DNA from: an uncultured Desulfobacter sp.
GTDB lineage: Bacteria; Desulfobacterota; Desulfobacteria; Desulfobacterales; Desulfobacteraceae
Assembly: GCA_963665095.1 (NCBI GenBank)
Contig: OY762069.1
Span: forward strand, 384,001 to 448,000
Direction: 5' to 3'
DNA: 64,000 nt
Under the pieces are notes generated by a model. That model did no database searches. It was given only the letters and a program-made list of their open reading frames with translations, and was not told the DNA's origin. Of this stretch, positions 20,688 through 30,296 are shown piece by piece (the stretch's first letter is position 1; the number at the start of each line of letters is the position of its first letter). The translations under genes and the position numbers were made by a program.

Positions 20688-21212
20688 TTATGAAAGCAGG
20701 TCGGGGATTTTTTCAACATTGTCCAAATCCACCTCTACGCCTGCATAGCGGCCGAGCAGATCTACTTTAATAATAACCCGTCCCTGACCCTTATGTTCAA
20801 AAAATTCTCCTTTCAGTCCGGCCATGGGACCTTCAAGAATCATGACCGGGTCCCCCTTTTTCAACTGGATAATGGCGCCTGTGATCAGATCCTGGTCAAC
20901 AGATGTCAAAAGTTTTAAGGATTCAATCTGCTGTTCGGGTACAGCCACCGGCCCCTGAGAATTCCCGATCAGTCTTACCGCCCCCACTGTTTTTAAAATG
21001 GGCAGCTGGTCTGCCGGCGTTTTTGTGGATTTGACAAATACATACCCTGGAAACAGCGGGGTTTCAATCATTAGTTTGCGGTCTTTGCGGCGGCTGGGTT
21101 TCCTGGTTTTAGGAAGAAATGCATCAATTTTTTTCATGCAGATGCGTGAATACACGGTCTGCTCAAAATTGCTCCGGGTTAACAGGGCAAACCACTGGGT
21201 AGTATTTTTCAT
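20688..21212 (-). CDS. specialised NusG paralog (RfaH/UpxY/LoaP-like antiterminator)
   Basis: NGN domain (WFALLTRS, PLFPGYVF) plus KOW domain (GDPVMILEGPMAGLKG). Confidence 0.9.
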   Translation of the reverse strand: MKNTTQWFALLTRSNFEQTVYSRICMKKIDAFLPKTRKPSRRKDRKLMIETPLFPGYVFVKSTKTPADQLPILKTVGAVRLIGNSQGPVAVPEQQIESLKLLTSVDQDLITGAIIQLKKGDPVMILEGPMAGLKGEFFEHKGQGRVIIKVDLLGRYAGVEVDLDNVEKIPDLLS

Positions 21213-23431
21213 TGGGTACCAAACTCTCCTATACCCTTTAAGGTTACCATAAACGTAAAGGACTTGTCGTCTGATTCTTTTTTATACCCTAAACGCAATG
21301 CCCAGCAGGGCCGGTTAAAGATAAAGCCTGCGCAGGTTTCAATGGTTGACTTGTCCTCTAAATCCTTTTCAAAAGAGTAATAGGCCTGCAGGGTATTTGA
21401 AAGCAGGTTGATATTAAATTTTGTGTACCAGGTGTGCAACGTATCCTCGGTGTACCGGTAGGCAGTGTAAATACTGTCCTGCCTTTTATCCCTGAGTGTG
21501 CCACCTAGCCAGAACCTGGTGAAATCCCGGGTGTTGGGGTCGAAGGCAACAGTGCCCTTAGCAGTCAGGTATCCGGAAGGGTTCAGTTCATATTTCAGCG
21601 TCAGATCCTGCCAGGGATCATCTTGGGCATTCTTTTTGTCCCTTTCATAGCGGATGTCATACTCCTGAAAAAGTTTGAGCCAGAGCAGCTCTTTATACAC
21701 GCTGGACGCTTCTTTTTTATCATTGAAAACTGTTCGTCTCGATGTGAACGTATGGGTTAATGACCAGGTGATGACATTTTTTTCTGAAATATCATCCAGG
21801 GAATCAAAGTAGGGCAGGTCTTCCTGGTCCACATCCGGGATGTAGTCATATTCCAGTTTGGGAACAATCTCGTGTTTTATTTTTTCAGCAAAATCCGTAT
21901 TCAGGGTAAAGACACGGTTTAAGGATATTGACAAATCCATGCCCAGCTCATACAGCCCCCGGGATCTGGTATCAGAATCATCCCCGTCATCATCACAGAA
22001 GTCGTCAGTATGCCAGAAGGTCCCCCTGATACCGGCATAGGGCTCAAAAAACAGTGATTTCCCCAGCTTGACCGGATAATAAAAGGTTGGGTGGATGTCC
22101 ATTCTCTGGCCATTCACCTTTGTGGCGGTGGTGTCCTGGCGGTAAAAAGATTTTAACTGCGTATTCATTTTGTAGTACAGCCCGGTCGGACCGATCTTTT
22201 GCCTTACACCGTCCAGCGTCAGGGATGGCAGGGTCTGCAGGGTGGTGTCATCGGCGTCGGTCTGCCGGGCCTTGACATTGTCATACCAGAGCGCCTGCAT
22301 ATTCAGGCTGTATGCACTCCAGTTCCTTGTGACAAGCAGGCTGTTTTTACGTGTATAATCGTTGTATTCATCTATATCCCGGCCGAACATTTTTGCAAAT
22401 GCCGCATCTGTTTCATCGTATCCGGTAAAACCGTCCTGGAAATCCAGCAGAAAATCCGCATCAGAGACATAATCAATATCGAGCTTGGCATTGAATCCAT
22501 AGCCTAAATTCTGGTCATGTTTCATCCGGATCCAGTACCTGTCCTGGTTGGTGCGGTCAGGCGTGGTGGCAAAACTGTAATCCTCATTTTCATTTGTGCC
22601 GTCTCCAATGGTGTCATCCTTAAGGTAATCAGCCATGATCATGCCGCGGGATTCCTCAGGGAGCATATACCTGTATTCACCGGAGAGCATAACGCCTCTG
22701 TCAGACATATAATAGCTGTAAAGGGTGGCATCCATACTGTCAGACAGGGCCAGAAACAGCGGCTGCTGATATTCAATACCTTTACTGTCGGAATTCCCGG
22801 CCATGGGCAGCAGCAGGCCTGTCTGGCGGGTGGTTTTGGCAGGAAAAATAAAGTAGGGCGAATAAAGCAGGGGCATTTTTTTTGCCCATAACGTGGCATG
22901 GCTGGTGCGGCCATATCCGTCAATGGTCACCTCAATGTCTTTTCCCGTGATCTTCCAGTCCGGCTGGTCTCCGCTGCAGGTGGTAATGGTACCTTCCACG
23001 GCATCATAGGTGAACTCACCGGTTTTGCGCAGTGTCTGGCCTGAAATATAGTAGTTGCCGTCCTGCAGGAAAATGGTGCCGTTGTGAATAATGCCGGTCT
23101 CCTTGGCCAGGTTGACCTGCATGGATTCACAGGTGATGGTGTCTTTCCCTGAAATAAACAGAACATGGCCTTTGGCAAAGGCTTCTTTCGTATCATCGGA
23201 AAATTCAACATAATCCGTTTCAATACGGGTCTGGCCCCCGGTGATCACTACCTCATCTTCGGCAATATAGCGCTTGCTTTTATTGTCGTAGCTGACCTGT
23301 CTGGCCTGGATATTCCAGGATACCTTTTGACTGGGTAGTGAGCCGGTGAAACACAGCGCCTGGCTGTGAAAATATAATAAAACAGCCAGGGCTGAAAACA
23401 CCTGGCACAGCGTTCTTTTCCATGAAACCAT
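21209..23431 (-). CDS. lptD: LPS-assembly outer-membrane protein LptD
   Basis: Signal peptide; OstA-like N-terminus; TTC...PDW, P.KT.RQTGLL.P; beta-barrel C-terminus ending V.L.GIG. Confidence 0.88.
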   Translation of the reverse strand: MVSWKRTLCQVFSALAVLLYFHSQALCFTGSLPSQKVSWNIQARQVSYDNKSKRYIAEDEVVITGGQTRIETDYVEFSDDTKEAFAKGHVLFISGKDTITCESMQVNLAKETGIIHNGTIFLQDGNYYISGQTLRKTGEFTYDAVEGTITTCSGDQPDWKITGKDIEVTIDGYGRTSHATLWAKKMPLLYSPYFIFPAKTTRQTGLLLPMAGNSDSKGIEYQQPLFLALSDSMDATLYSYYMSDRGVMLSGEYRYMLPEESRGMIMADYLKDDTIGDGTNENEDYSFATTPDRTNQDRYWIRMKHDQNLGYGFNAKLDIDYVSDADFLLDFQDGFTGYDETDAAFAKMFGRDIDEYNDYTRKNSLLVTRNWSAYSLNMQALWYDNVKARQTDADDTTLQTLPSLTLDGVRQKIGPTGLYYKMNTQLKSFYRQDTTATKVNGQRMDIHPTFYYPVKLGKSLFFEPYAGIRGTFWHTDDFCDDDGDDSDTRSRGLYELGMDLSISLNRVFTLNTDFAEKIKHEIVPKLEYDYIPDVDQEDLPYFDSLDDISEKNVITWSLTHTFTSRRTVFNDKKEASSVYKELLWLKLFQEYDIRYERDKKNAQDDPWQDLTLKYELNPSGYLTAKGTVAFDPNTRDFTRFWLGGTLRDKRQDSIYTAYRYTEDTLHTWYTKFNINLLSNTLQAYYSFEKDLEDKSTIETCAGFIFNRPCWALRLGYKKESDDKSFTFMVTLKGIGEFGTQ

Positions 23432-23612
23432 AAAGGGGATGAACGGTCCTGTTTAATAAATTGCACATCAATAAAAATTACTGTATAAAGCCATTTTATA
23501 CTTGAAAAGTCAAGGCGGCCGCTGAAATTAGCCCCTTAGCCGGATCCGGGTTGCCTGAACAAAAGATTCTGATGAGATATGGGCCCGGACAGCCGGTATA
23601 GAAAGGATAAAC

Positions 23613-25889
23613 ATGTTTGCCTCTGTCATTGATTCCATCGGCAATACCCCCCTTGTAAAAATCCAGACGATCAATCCGGAACCCGGTGTCACCATCCTGG
23701 CCAAACTTGAGTATATGAATCCGGGCGGTTCGATTAAAGACCGTGCGGCATTGTATATGATCAAGCAGGCGGAAGCCGATGGTGAGCTGACGCCGGAAAA
23801 AACCGTTATTGAAGCCACCTCCGGCAATACCGGTATCGGTCTTGCCCTGATCTGTGCGGTCAAGGGATATAAGCTGGCCCTGGCCATGGCGGAAAACGCC
23901 AGTGAAGAGCGTAAGAAAATTCTTAAGGCCCGGGGGGCAAAGATCATCCTCACCCCCAGACACCTGGGTTCGGACGGGGCCATTGAAGAGGCCTACCGGC
24001 TTGCCAGGGAATACCCGGATAAATATTTCCTACCGGATCAGTACAATAACCCGGCCAACTGGAAAGCCCACTACCATACCACCGGCCCTGAGATCATGGC
24101 CCAGACCGAAGGGAATGTGGATGCCGTGGTGGCCACTGTGGGTACTTCAGGCACGCTGATGGGGCTTTGCCGATATTTTAAGGACCAGGGACATCATGCC
24201 CGGGTGATCTGTGCCGAGCCATATCTCGGGCACGGTATTCAGGGCCTTAAAAATATGAAGGAATCCTATACCCCGGAAATTTTTGATAAAAGCCTTCTGG
24301 GTGACAGTGTTCACATAGATGATGCCACAGCCTTTGAAACCGCACGGCTTTTGGCCAAAAAAGAGGGCCTGTTTGTGGGCATGAGTTCCGGCGCTGCCAT
24401 GGCAGTGGCCCTTGACCAGGCCAAGCGTCTTCAAAAAGGCATCATTGTGGTTATTTTTCCCGATTCTGGTGAGCGGTATCTTTCCACAGACCTTTTCAGC
24501 GTAAAAAAGACCGTGAACCTGAATGTCTACAATTCGTTGTCCCAGAAAAAAGAGGCGTTTACGCCCAAGGGGGACAAGGATGTGGGTATCTATACCTGCG
24601 GGCCCACAGTTCACCGGCGGCTTGATATCGGCCATTTCCGGCGCCATGCGTTTACGGATCTGTTGATTCGAAGTCTTGAGTACCAGGATGTAAAGGTCAA
24701 ACATATTGTCAATATCACGGACTATGACGATAAGACCATTGACGGGGCAAGGGAGGCAGGTATCAGTCCCGGGGCCTTTACCCAGCCCTTCATCGACGCG
24801 TTCCTGGCAGATCTGGCACGGCTTGGCATGCGTCCCGCCCAGGCCTATGCCAAAGTATCTGATCATTTTACTGAAATGACCGATCTTACAAGAACGCTTC
24901 TGGCCAGGGGTCATGCCTATGAAAAGCTGCATTCGGTTTATTTTGACCTGGCAAGTTTAAGTGATTACGGCCGGCTCTCCCGGGTGGATGTCAATAAGAT
25001 CCGCATCGGAGCCACAGTGGATCTGGATGAATATGAAAAACAGAACCCAAGGGATTTTACCCTGCTCAAACGGGTAAAGCTGTCCGAGCTGAAACAGGGG
25101 GTGGGCATTAAGACGGAGTGGGGAAATGTGCGGCCCTCCCTTCACCTGCAGTGCGCTGCCATTGCTACGGCGTTTCTGGGTGCGCAGTTTGATATCCACA
25201 CCGGTTCCAGGGAGCTGATGTTTCCCCACCATGAGAACGAGATTGCCATTGCCAGAGCTGCAGGCGGCTCCTTTGCCAGGGTGTGGATGCACTGTGCGCC
25301 GGTGTATTATGACGGGTCTCTGGATGCAGAAACCCTTGAGGATTTAACCCTTGACCGTATGGCTCAGATGGGTTGGGATGAGAAAACCATCCGCTTCTGG
25401 CTCTTGTCCGCCCATTACAGAAAAACACTGATCCTGTCAAAAAAGAGCCTGGATGATGCCGGAACTGTACTTGCCCGGATCAACCGGTGTATAGAGTCCC
25501 TTGATGCGGCATCCGGACACTCCAGTGAAGAGGATATTCAGCAGATTACCTATGATATCCGCCAGGGTATGGTGTCGGCCATGGCAGATGATTTGAAAGT
25601 GCCGGTTCTGGTATCAGGCCTTTTATCCTGTGTAAAGCGGATCAACCGCCTGATCAGTGCAGGGGACCTTGGGCCGGCAGGTGCCGGGCGTCTGCGTGAC
25701 TGCTTCAGGGATGTGGATACAGTGCTCAATGTGTTTGATTTCAGTCAAAAGAAAGCGTATTCCGATCAGGCTGCTGCACTCATTGCCCAGCGGGAAGCGG
25801 CCCGGCAGAAAAAAGATTTTGAGACAGCGGACAGAATCCGGAAACAGCTGGATGAGATGGGCATTCCGGTTCATGATAAAAAGGTGTGA
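23613..25889 (+). CDS. fusion of cysteine synthase (CysK/CysM) and a cysteinyl-tRNA-synthetase-like domain
   Basis: aa 1-~297: IGNTPL, NPGGSIKDR, EATSGNTGIGLA, FPDSGERYLST; aa ~300-758: YTCGPTV, VNITD.DDK, FPHHENE, anticodon-type C-terminus. Confidence 0.92.
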   Translation: MFASVIDSIGNTPLVKIQTINPEPGVTILAKLEYMNPGGSIKDRAALYMIKQAEADGELTPEKTVIEATSGNTGIGLALICAVKGYKLALAMAENASEERKKILKARGAKIILTPRHLGSDGAIEEAYRLAREYPDKYFLPDQYNNPANWKAHYHTTGPEIMAQTEGNVDAVVATVGTSGTLMGLCRYFKDQGHHARVICAEPYLGHGIQGLKNMKESYTPEIFDKSLLGDSVHIDDATAFETARLLAKKEGLFVGMSSGAAMAVALDQAKRLQKGIIVVIFPDSGERYLSTDLFSVKKTVNLNVYNSLSQKKEAFTPKGDKDVGIYTCGPTVHRRLDIGHFRRHAFTDLLIRSLEYQDVKVKHIVNITDYDDKTIDGAREAGISPGAFTQPFIDAFLADLARLGMRPAQAYAKVSDHFTEMTDLTRTLLARGHAYEKLHSVYFDLASLSDYGRLSRVDVNKIRIGATVDLDEYEKQNPRDFTLLKRVKLSELKQGVGIKTEWGNVRPSLHLQCAAIATAFLGAQFDIHTGSRELMFPHHENEIAIARAAGGSFARVWMHCAPVYYDGSLDAETLEDLTLDRMAQMGWDEKTIRFWLLSAHYRKTLILSKKSLDDAGTVLARINRCIESLDAASGHSSEEDIQQITYDIRQGMVSAMADDLKVPVLVSGLLSCVKRINRLISAGDLGPAGAGRLRDCFRDVDTVLNVFDFSQKKAYSDQAAALIAQREAARQKKDFETADRIRKQLDEMGIPVHDKKV

Positions 25890-25895
25890 GTTGAT

Positions 25896-26849
25896 ATGAA
25901 TAATTTATATTTTTTCCCGTTTACATTTATAAATGACCGTCAGGCACAGGCAATGACCCTGTTTTTTGACCGCTTCAGTATTCTGGATATTCATCCGGGA
26001 GCGCCTTTGCCCGGCCCCATGGCCAGCCTTGAGAATCAGGGCATTTTGTCGCGGGTGCCTGTGGACCAGGATAAGCTTTCTGTTGCAGAATTAAAGGCGC
26101 GTGACTGGCTGGACTGGGCCGCTGTAAACCGGGGCAATGAAAAAAATTTACGGGCCATGATTCGTGAGACGGCTTTTTTGACGGATGACAGTGGTGTAGC
26201 GGCCATCAAGTCCGGCATCCGTAAAGGGATTGGGGGAAGCGGCCAGAATTTTGCATCCGGGCCCACAGTGGAGCCGCCACTTGTCTTTTTAAAACTTGCG
26301 GACATCTACGATCGTGAGCATCAGGAGATTCAAAACGCCCTGGATGCCCTGGACGCTGAAAATGCTGCCCTTTTTGCCGAATTAAAAGGTGAAGCCGTTC
26401 TTGCGGCTCCCGACAGGGTTCCGGGAGATGATGATCCCGGTCGTGCCATGACGCTGAAAAGAATTCAGGCCTGGTGGTCGGTTGCCTTTGATGCAGGGCT
26501 TTTGAACCCTGATGCAACCCCGGTCTTGGTCACTGCCAGCCGTGCGGTTATGGATGAATTTTGTGCCAGTGCCGGCAAGGCGATAAATACGCTTGACATT
26601 GAATCCATAAAAGTGCATCACAATGATTGCGAGCTGACAGAACAGCGGCATCTGGAGATAAACAGAATCCTTGAGCAGATGGCAAAAGGAGTGGCCGTTG
26701 ATCCGGAAAAGGCACGTCTGGACAGTGTTGGTAACACCCCGGTCACCGGTCGGATTCAGCTTCGTTTTTTTTCCGGAGATAATGTAGCCCTAAAAGAAAA
26801 AAATCCAGGCGGACAGGTTGGTGTATGCCTGGTAGAATTAAACTCATAA
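25896..26849 (+). CDS. hypothetical protein
   Basis: 317-aa ORF 6 bp downstream of the cysK-cysS fusion; no recognisable motif. Confidence 0.75.
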   Translation: MNNLYFFPFTFINDRQAQAMTLFFDRFSILDIHPGAPLPGPMASLENQGILSRVPVDQDKLSVAELKARDWLDWAAVNRGNEKNLRAMIRETAFLTDDSGVAAIKSGIRKGIGGSGQNFASGPTVEPPLVFLKLADIYDREHQEIQNALDALDAENAALFAELKGEAVLAAPDRVPGDDDPGRAMTLKRIQAWWSVAFDAGLLNPDATPVLVTASRAVMDEFCASAGKAINTLDIESIKVHHNDCELTEQRHLEINRILEQMAKGVAVDPEKARLDSVGNTPVTGRIQLRFFSGDNVALKEKNPGGQVGVCLVELNS

Positions 26850-26963
26850 AAAGCTTGTTTTAGCCAAAACGATGTTGTAAAAGCGTTTTTTGAAATCAAG
26901 TTGGCATTATTAAAAAAATGAGTTTATAAGAACTGTACTATTAATTTTTAAGGAGGTTTTAAA

Positions 26964-27152
26964 ATGGCATTTACCCCAGTAGTTGATCAGTCCAAATGTG
27001 TAGGTTGCGAAGAGTGCGTTGATGTTTGCCCCGCAGAAGTATTTGAAATGGAAGACGGCAAATCCAACCCCGTTAATGCTGAAGAATGCATGGGCTGCGA
27101 AAGCTGTGTAGAAGTTTGTGAAGAAGACGCCATCACAATAGAAGAAGACTAA
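26964..27152 (+). CDS. 2[4Fe-4S] ferredoxin
   Basis: CVGCEECVDVCP and CMGCESCVEVC; strong AAGGAGG RBS. Confidence 0.96.
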   Translation: MAFTPVVDQSKCVGCEECVDVCPAEVFEMEDGKSNPVNAEECMGCESCVEVCEEDAITIEED

Positions 27153-27180
27153 AAAAGGCGCTTTTCGCATTTCAGGATAG

Positions 27181-27218
27181 TGCCGGGTTGCCCTGAATAG
27201 GGCCCCGGCATTTTTTTT
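27181..27218 (+). terminator. intrinsic terminator after ferredoxin
   Basis: TGCCGGG...CCCGGCA stem followed by T8. Confidence 0.8.
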
Positions 27219-27306
27219 GTCCATATCTTCATTCCCTGGTCATTATTTCTTGTCTTAAGCCAGGTCACTCCATTCCTATTATTCCACATTTAAAACACAT
27301 CAGATT

Positions 27307-28200
27307 TTATCTGCCTTTTTTACGCGTCAAGGCCCCAGACATATTGGTCAGATAAACGCCGGAAACAACCAGTGCAGCACCTGCCAGCAGCGCGTGAGTG
27401 ACCGGTTCTTTAAGGATCAGATAGGATAAGATCAGGGCCGATACAGGGACAAAATTGATAAATACTCCGGATTTTGTGGGGCCGATCTCTTTAATACCCT
27501 GATAATACCAGTAAAACCCCAGCACTGTACCAAAAAATCCCAGATAAAAAAGGCTGCCCCATTCAAAGACTCCGTAGCCGGGCAGGCTTTGAAAAAGATC
27601 CTTTGACAGGGCAGGGTAAAGCAGCATTAACGTGCCGGCAATGGATGAATAACAGACAGACACCAGTGGTGAAAATCTGCCCGTTAATAGTTTGCCAAGA
27701 AGCGAATAACAGACCCAGGAAAGGACACAACCGAAAATCGCCATCTCACCCGGTCCGATACCGGTGCTGAAAATCGTGCGGATATCCCCGCCTGTAATGA
27801 TGATCAAAGCGCCTGAGACAGACATGACCAGGCCAAAAATTTTTACTGGGGTTAACCGCTCCTTGAAAAAGAACGCTGAAAAAAGACTTATGACAATGGG
27901 GTTGATAGCAATGATCAGGGCAGCCCGGTTGGCATTGATCATGGTCAGTCCGGAAAAGAAAAACAGGTTGTAGGAAAAAATACCGGTTAATCCGGAAAAG
28001 AAAATGAGTACCCCATCCCTGCGGCTGAATCGGGGCAGGCGGCCCTCCTGTTTTAAAACCAGGAACACCAGAAAAAGGCTGGCAATGGTAAAGCGCAGAA
28101 ATGCTGCGCAAAAAGGGTGTACATTTCCGGCAAGGCCTTTTCCGGCAATAAAAGTGCCGCCCCAGAAGAAAGCGGTTAGTACAAGTTTTAAATATGTCAT
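27307..28200 (-). CDS. DMT/EamA family transporter
   Basis: 10 TM segments; FWGGTF.AGK, A.LRF, IGPTKSGVFINFVPV. Confidence 0.93.
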   Translation of the reverse strand: MTYLKLVLTAFFWGGTFIAGKGLAGNVHPFCAAFLRFTIASLFLVFLVLKQEGRLPRFSRRDGVLIFFSGLTGIFSYNLFFFSGLTMINANRAALIIAINPIVISLFSAFFFKERLTPVKIFGLVMSVSGALIIITGGDIRTIFSTGIGPGEMAIFGCVLSWVCYSLLGKLLTGRFSPLVSVCYSSIAGTLMLLYPALSKDLFQSLPGYGVFEWGSLFYLGFFGTVLGFYWYYQGIKEIGPTKSGVFINFVPVSALILSYLILKEPVTHALLAGAALVVSGVYLTNMSGALTRKKGR

Positions 28201-28431
28201 GTCAGCCGGTGTCCTTTATATTTTGTGGTTATTTTTTCAGTTATGCGGCATTGTGAGAGGGTAGTCTGGACTCACAGGGAGGGAAAAGTCAAGGTAAAAC
28301 AGCCCCTGTAAACAGGTAGCTCAGTGGATCAACAGGAAAATGACCTGGAAAATTGAAACCATATTTACATTTTAAAAGACCTTTAATAAGGTAGAGGTGA
28401 CTCTGAACAAATTGGCCTAAAAGATGATTTC

Positions 28432-30246
28432 ATGAATTTTGACATTGACAGGCATTTTAATTCACAGGCTGTTTGCCGGGCTTTGGTAGCCGCAGGCCTG
28501 CTCACTACTGAAAAAGCACGGGATGTGCTGGTCTGTGAGTCGGAGATCCGGCAGCGCGTGGCTGCGGGTACAGGCACCAGGAAAAACAGGTCAGGCAACA
28601 ATAATGCCGCCTCTCAGATATCATTTATTGATGTACTGCTTTATCTGAATCTGCACCGCTTTGACTCCCCGGATGAAGTGATTGATGAAGACCTGATTTT
28701 TAAAGCCCTGGCTGCATCCTGGAATCTACCCTACAAAAAAATCGATCCCCTTCAGCTGGAACTGAACCTTGTCACCGGCACCATTTCACGCTCATTTGCC
28801 CTGCGTCATCTTCTTTTACCGCTGCAGATGGCCGCGGGCAAGCTTGTGGTGGCCACACCCAATCCGTTTAATCACGAAGCCATTGCCGATGTGGAACGGG
28901 TGGCCAGTCTGAGGGTGACACCCATTGTCAGCTCAAGAACCGATGTGGCAAGACTGATCAGGGAGTTTTTTGGATTTCATCACTCCATCAGCGCGGCAGA
29001 AGACCTGTTTGCCAAAAAAGGGGTGGACATCGGGAATCTGGAGCGGTTTGTCAGTCTGTCGGAGGACCTGCCATCCACGGACCAGCACATTGTCAATGCC
29101 GTCAACCACCTGTTCTCCTATGCCTTTGACCAGAAAGCCAGCGATATCCACATTGAGCCCAAACGGGAGGTCTGTCTGGTGCGCATGCGCATAGACGGGG
29201 CACTTCACACAGTGTACAAGCTGCCCAAAAAGCTTCACAATGCCGTGGTCAGCCGGATTAAAAATTTATCTGCCCTGGATATGGCTGAAAAAAGGCGGCC
29301 CCAGGACGGACGTATTAAAATGGCCAAAGCGGATCAGGAGGTGGAGATCCGGGTCTCCACCATTCCTGTGGCATTTGGTGAAAAAGTGGTGATGCGGGTC
29401 ATGGATCCTGAGATTCTTTTTCAGGATCTTGAAATGCTGGGGTTTTCGCAAAGTGATTTTAAAAAATACAAAAAGCTGATTACCAGGCCCTTTGGCATTG
29501 TGCTGGTGACTGGCCCCACAGGGTCTGGAAAGTCCACCACGCTTTATTCCTCCCTGCGCATGCTGTCATCTCCCGAGGTGAACATTACCACCATTGAAGA
29601 TCCCATTGAGATGATTCATGAGGAGTTTAACCAGATCGGGGTCCAGCCGGCCATTGACGTGACCTTTGGTTCGGTGCTGAAAAACATCATGCGCCAGGAT
29701 CCGGATATCATCATGGTGGGTGAAATCCGTGATATAGAAACCGCCCAGGCCGCTGTTCAGGCCGCTCTCACCGGCCACCTGGTTCTCTCTTCCCTGCATA
29801 CCAACGATGCCGTGGCAACGGTATTCCGGCTTCTGGATTTAGGGATTCCACCCTACCTCATCCATGCATCCCTTGCCGGAGTAGCTGCCCAGCGCCTGGT
29901 GCGAAAGATCTGTCCCTATTGCGCCCAGCCCTTTGAGATGGACCGTCGGGAGCTGGAAGAACTGGAACTGTCTGTGCCGGGCAAAGGACCCTTGAAACTG
30001 CGCTACGGCAAAGGATGTGCCAAATGCAGGAATACCGGCTACAGCGGTCGAATCGGGATTTATGAAATTCTTACATACACCAATGGGCTGAAACAACTGA
30101 CCACCCGTGACACAGACATTGGCGAGATGCGCAAAAAAGCCGCATCCCAGGGCCTTGTCTCCCTGCGCGAGAACGGCATTGCAAAAATGCTCAAGGGCCA
30201 GACCACCTACCAGGAAATTTTAAGAGTCACCTGTGAGCAGGAGTAG
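28432..30246 (+). CDS. GspE/PilB family secretion/pilus assembly ATPase (stand-alone)
   Basis: ASDIHIEP, RPQDGR, GPTGSGKSTT, TIEDPIE, RQDPDIIMVGEIRD, tetracysteine motif. Confidence 0.93.
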   Translation: MNFDIDRHFNSQAVCRALVAAGLLTTEKARDVLVCESEIRQRVAAGTGTRKNRSGNNNAASQISFIDVLLYLNLHRFDSPDEVIDEDLIFKALAASWNLPYKKIDPLQLELNLVTGTISRSFALRHLLLPLQMAAGKLVVATPNPFNHEAIADVERVASLRVTPIVSSRTDVARLIREFFGFHHSISAAEDLFAKKGVDIGNLERFVSLSEDLPSTDQHIVNAVNHLFSYAFDQKASDIHIEPKREVCLVRMRIDGALHTVYKLPKKLHNAVVSRIKNLSALDMAEKRRPQDGRIKMAKADQEVEIRVSTIPVAFGEKVVMRVMDPEILFQDLEMLGFSQSDFKKYKKLITRPFGIVLVTGPTGSGKSTTLYSSLRMLSSPEVNITTIEDPIEMIHEEFNQIGVQPAIDVTFGSVLKNIMRQDPDIIMVGEIRDIETAQAAVQAALTGHLVLSSLHTNDAVATVFRLLDLGIPPYLIHASLAGVAAQRLVRKICPYCAQPFEMDRRELEELELSVPGKGPLKLRYGKGCAKCRNTGYSGRIGIYEILTYTNGLKQLTTRDTDIGEMRKKAASQGLVSLRENGIAKMLKGQTTYQEILRVTCEQE

Positions 30247-30296
30247 ATTATCCAGTACTCACTTGACTGTTGGAATTTCCGGCAACGGATGGTCAT

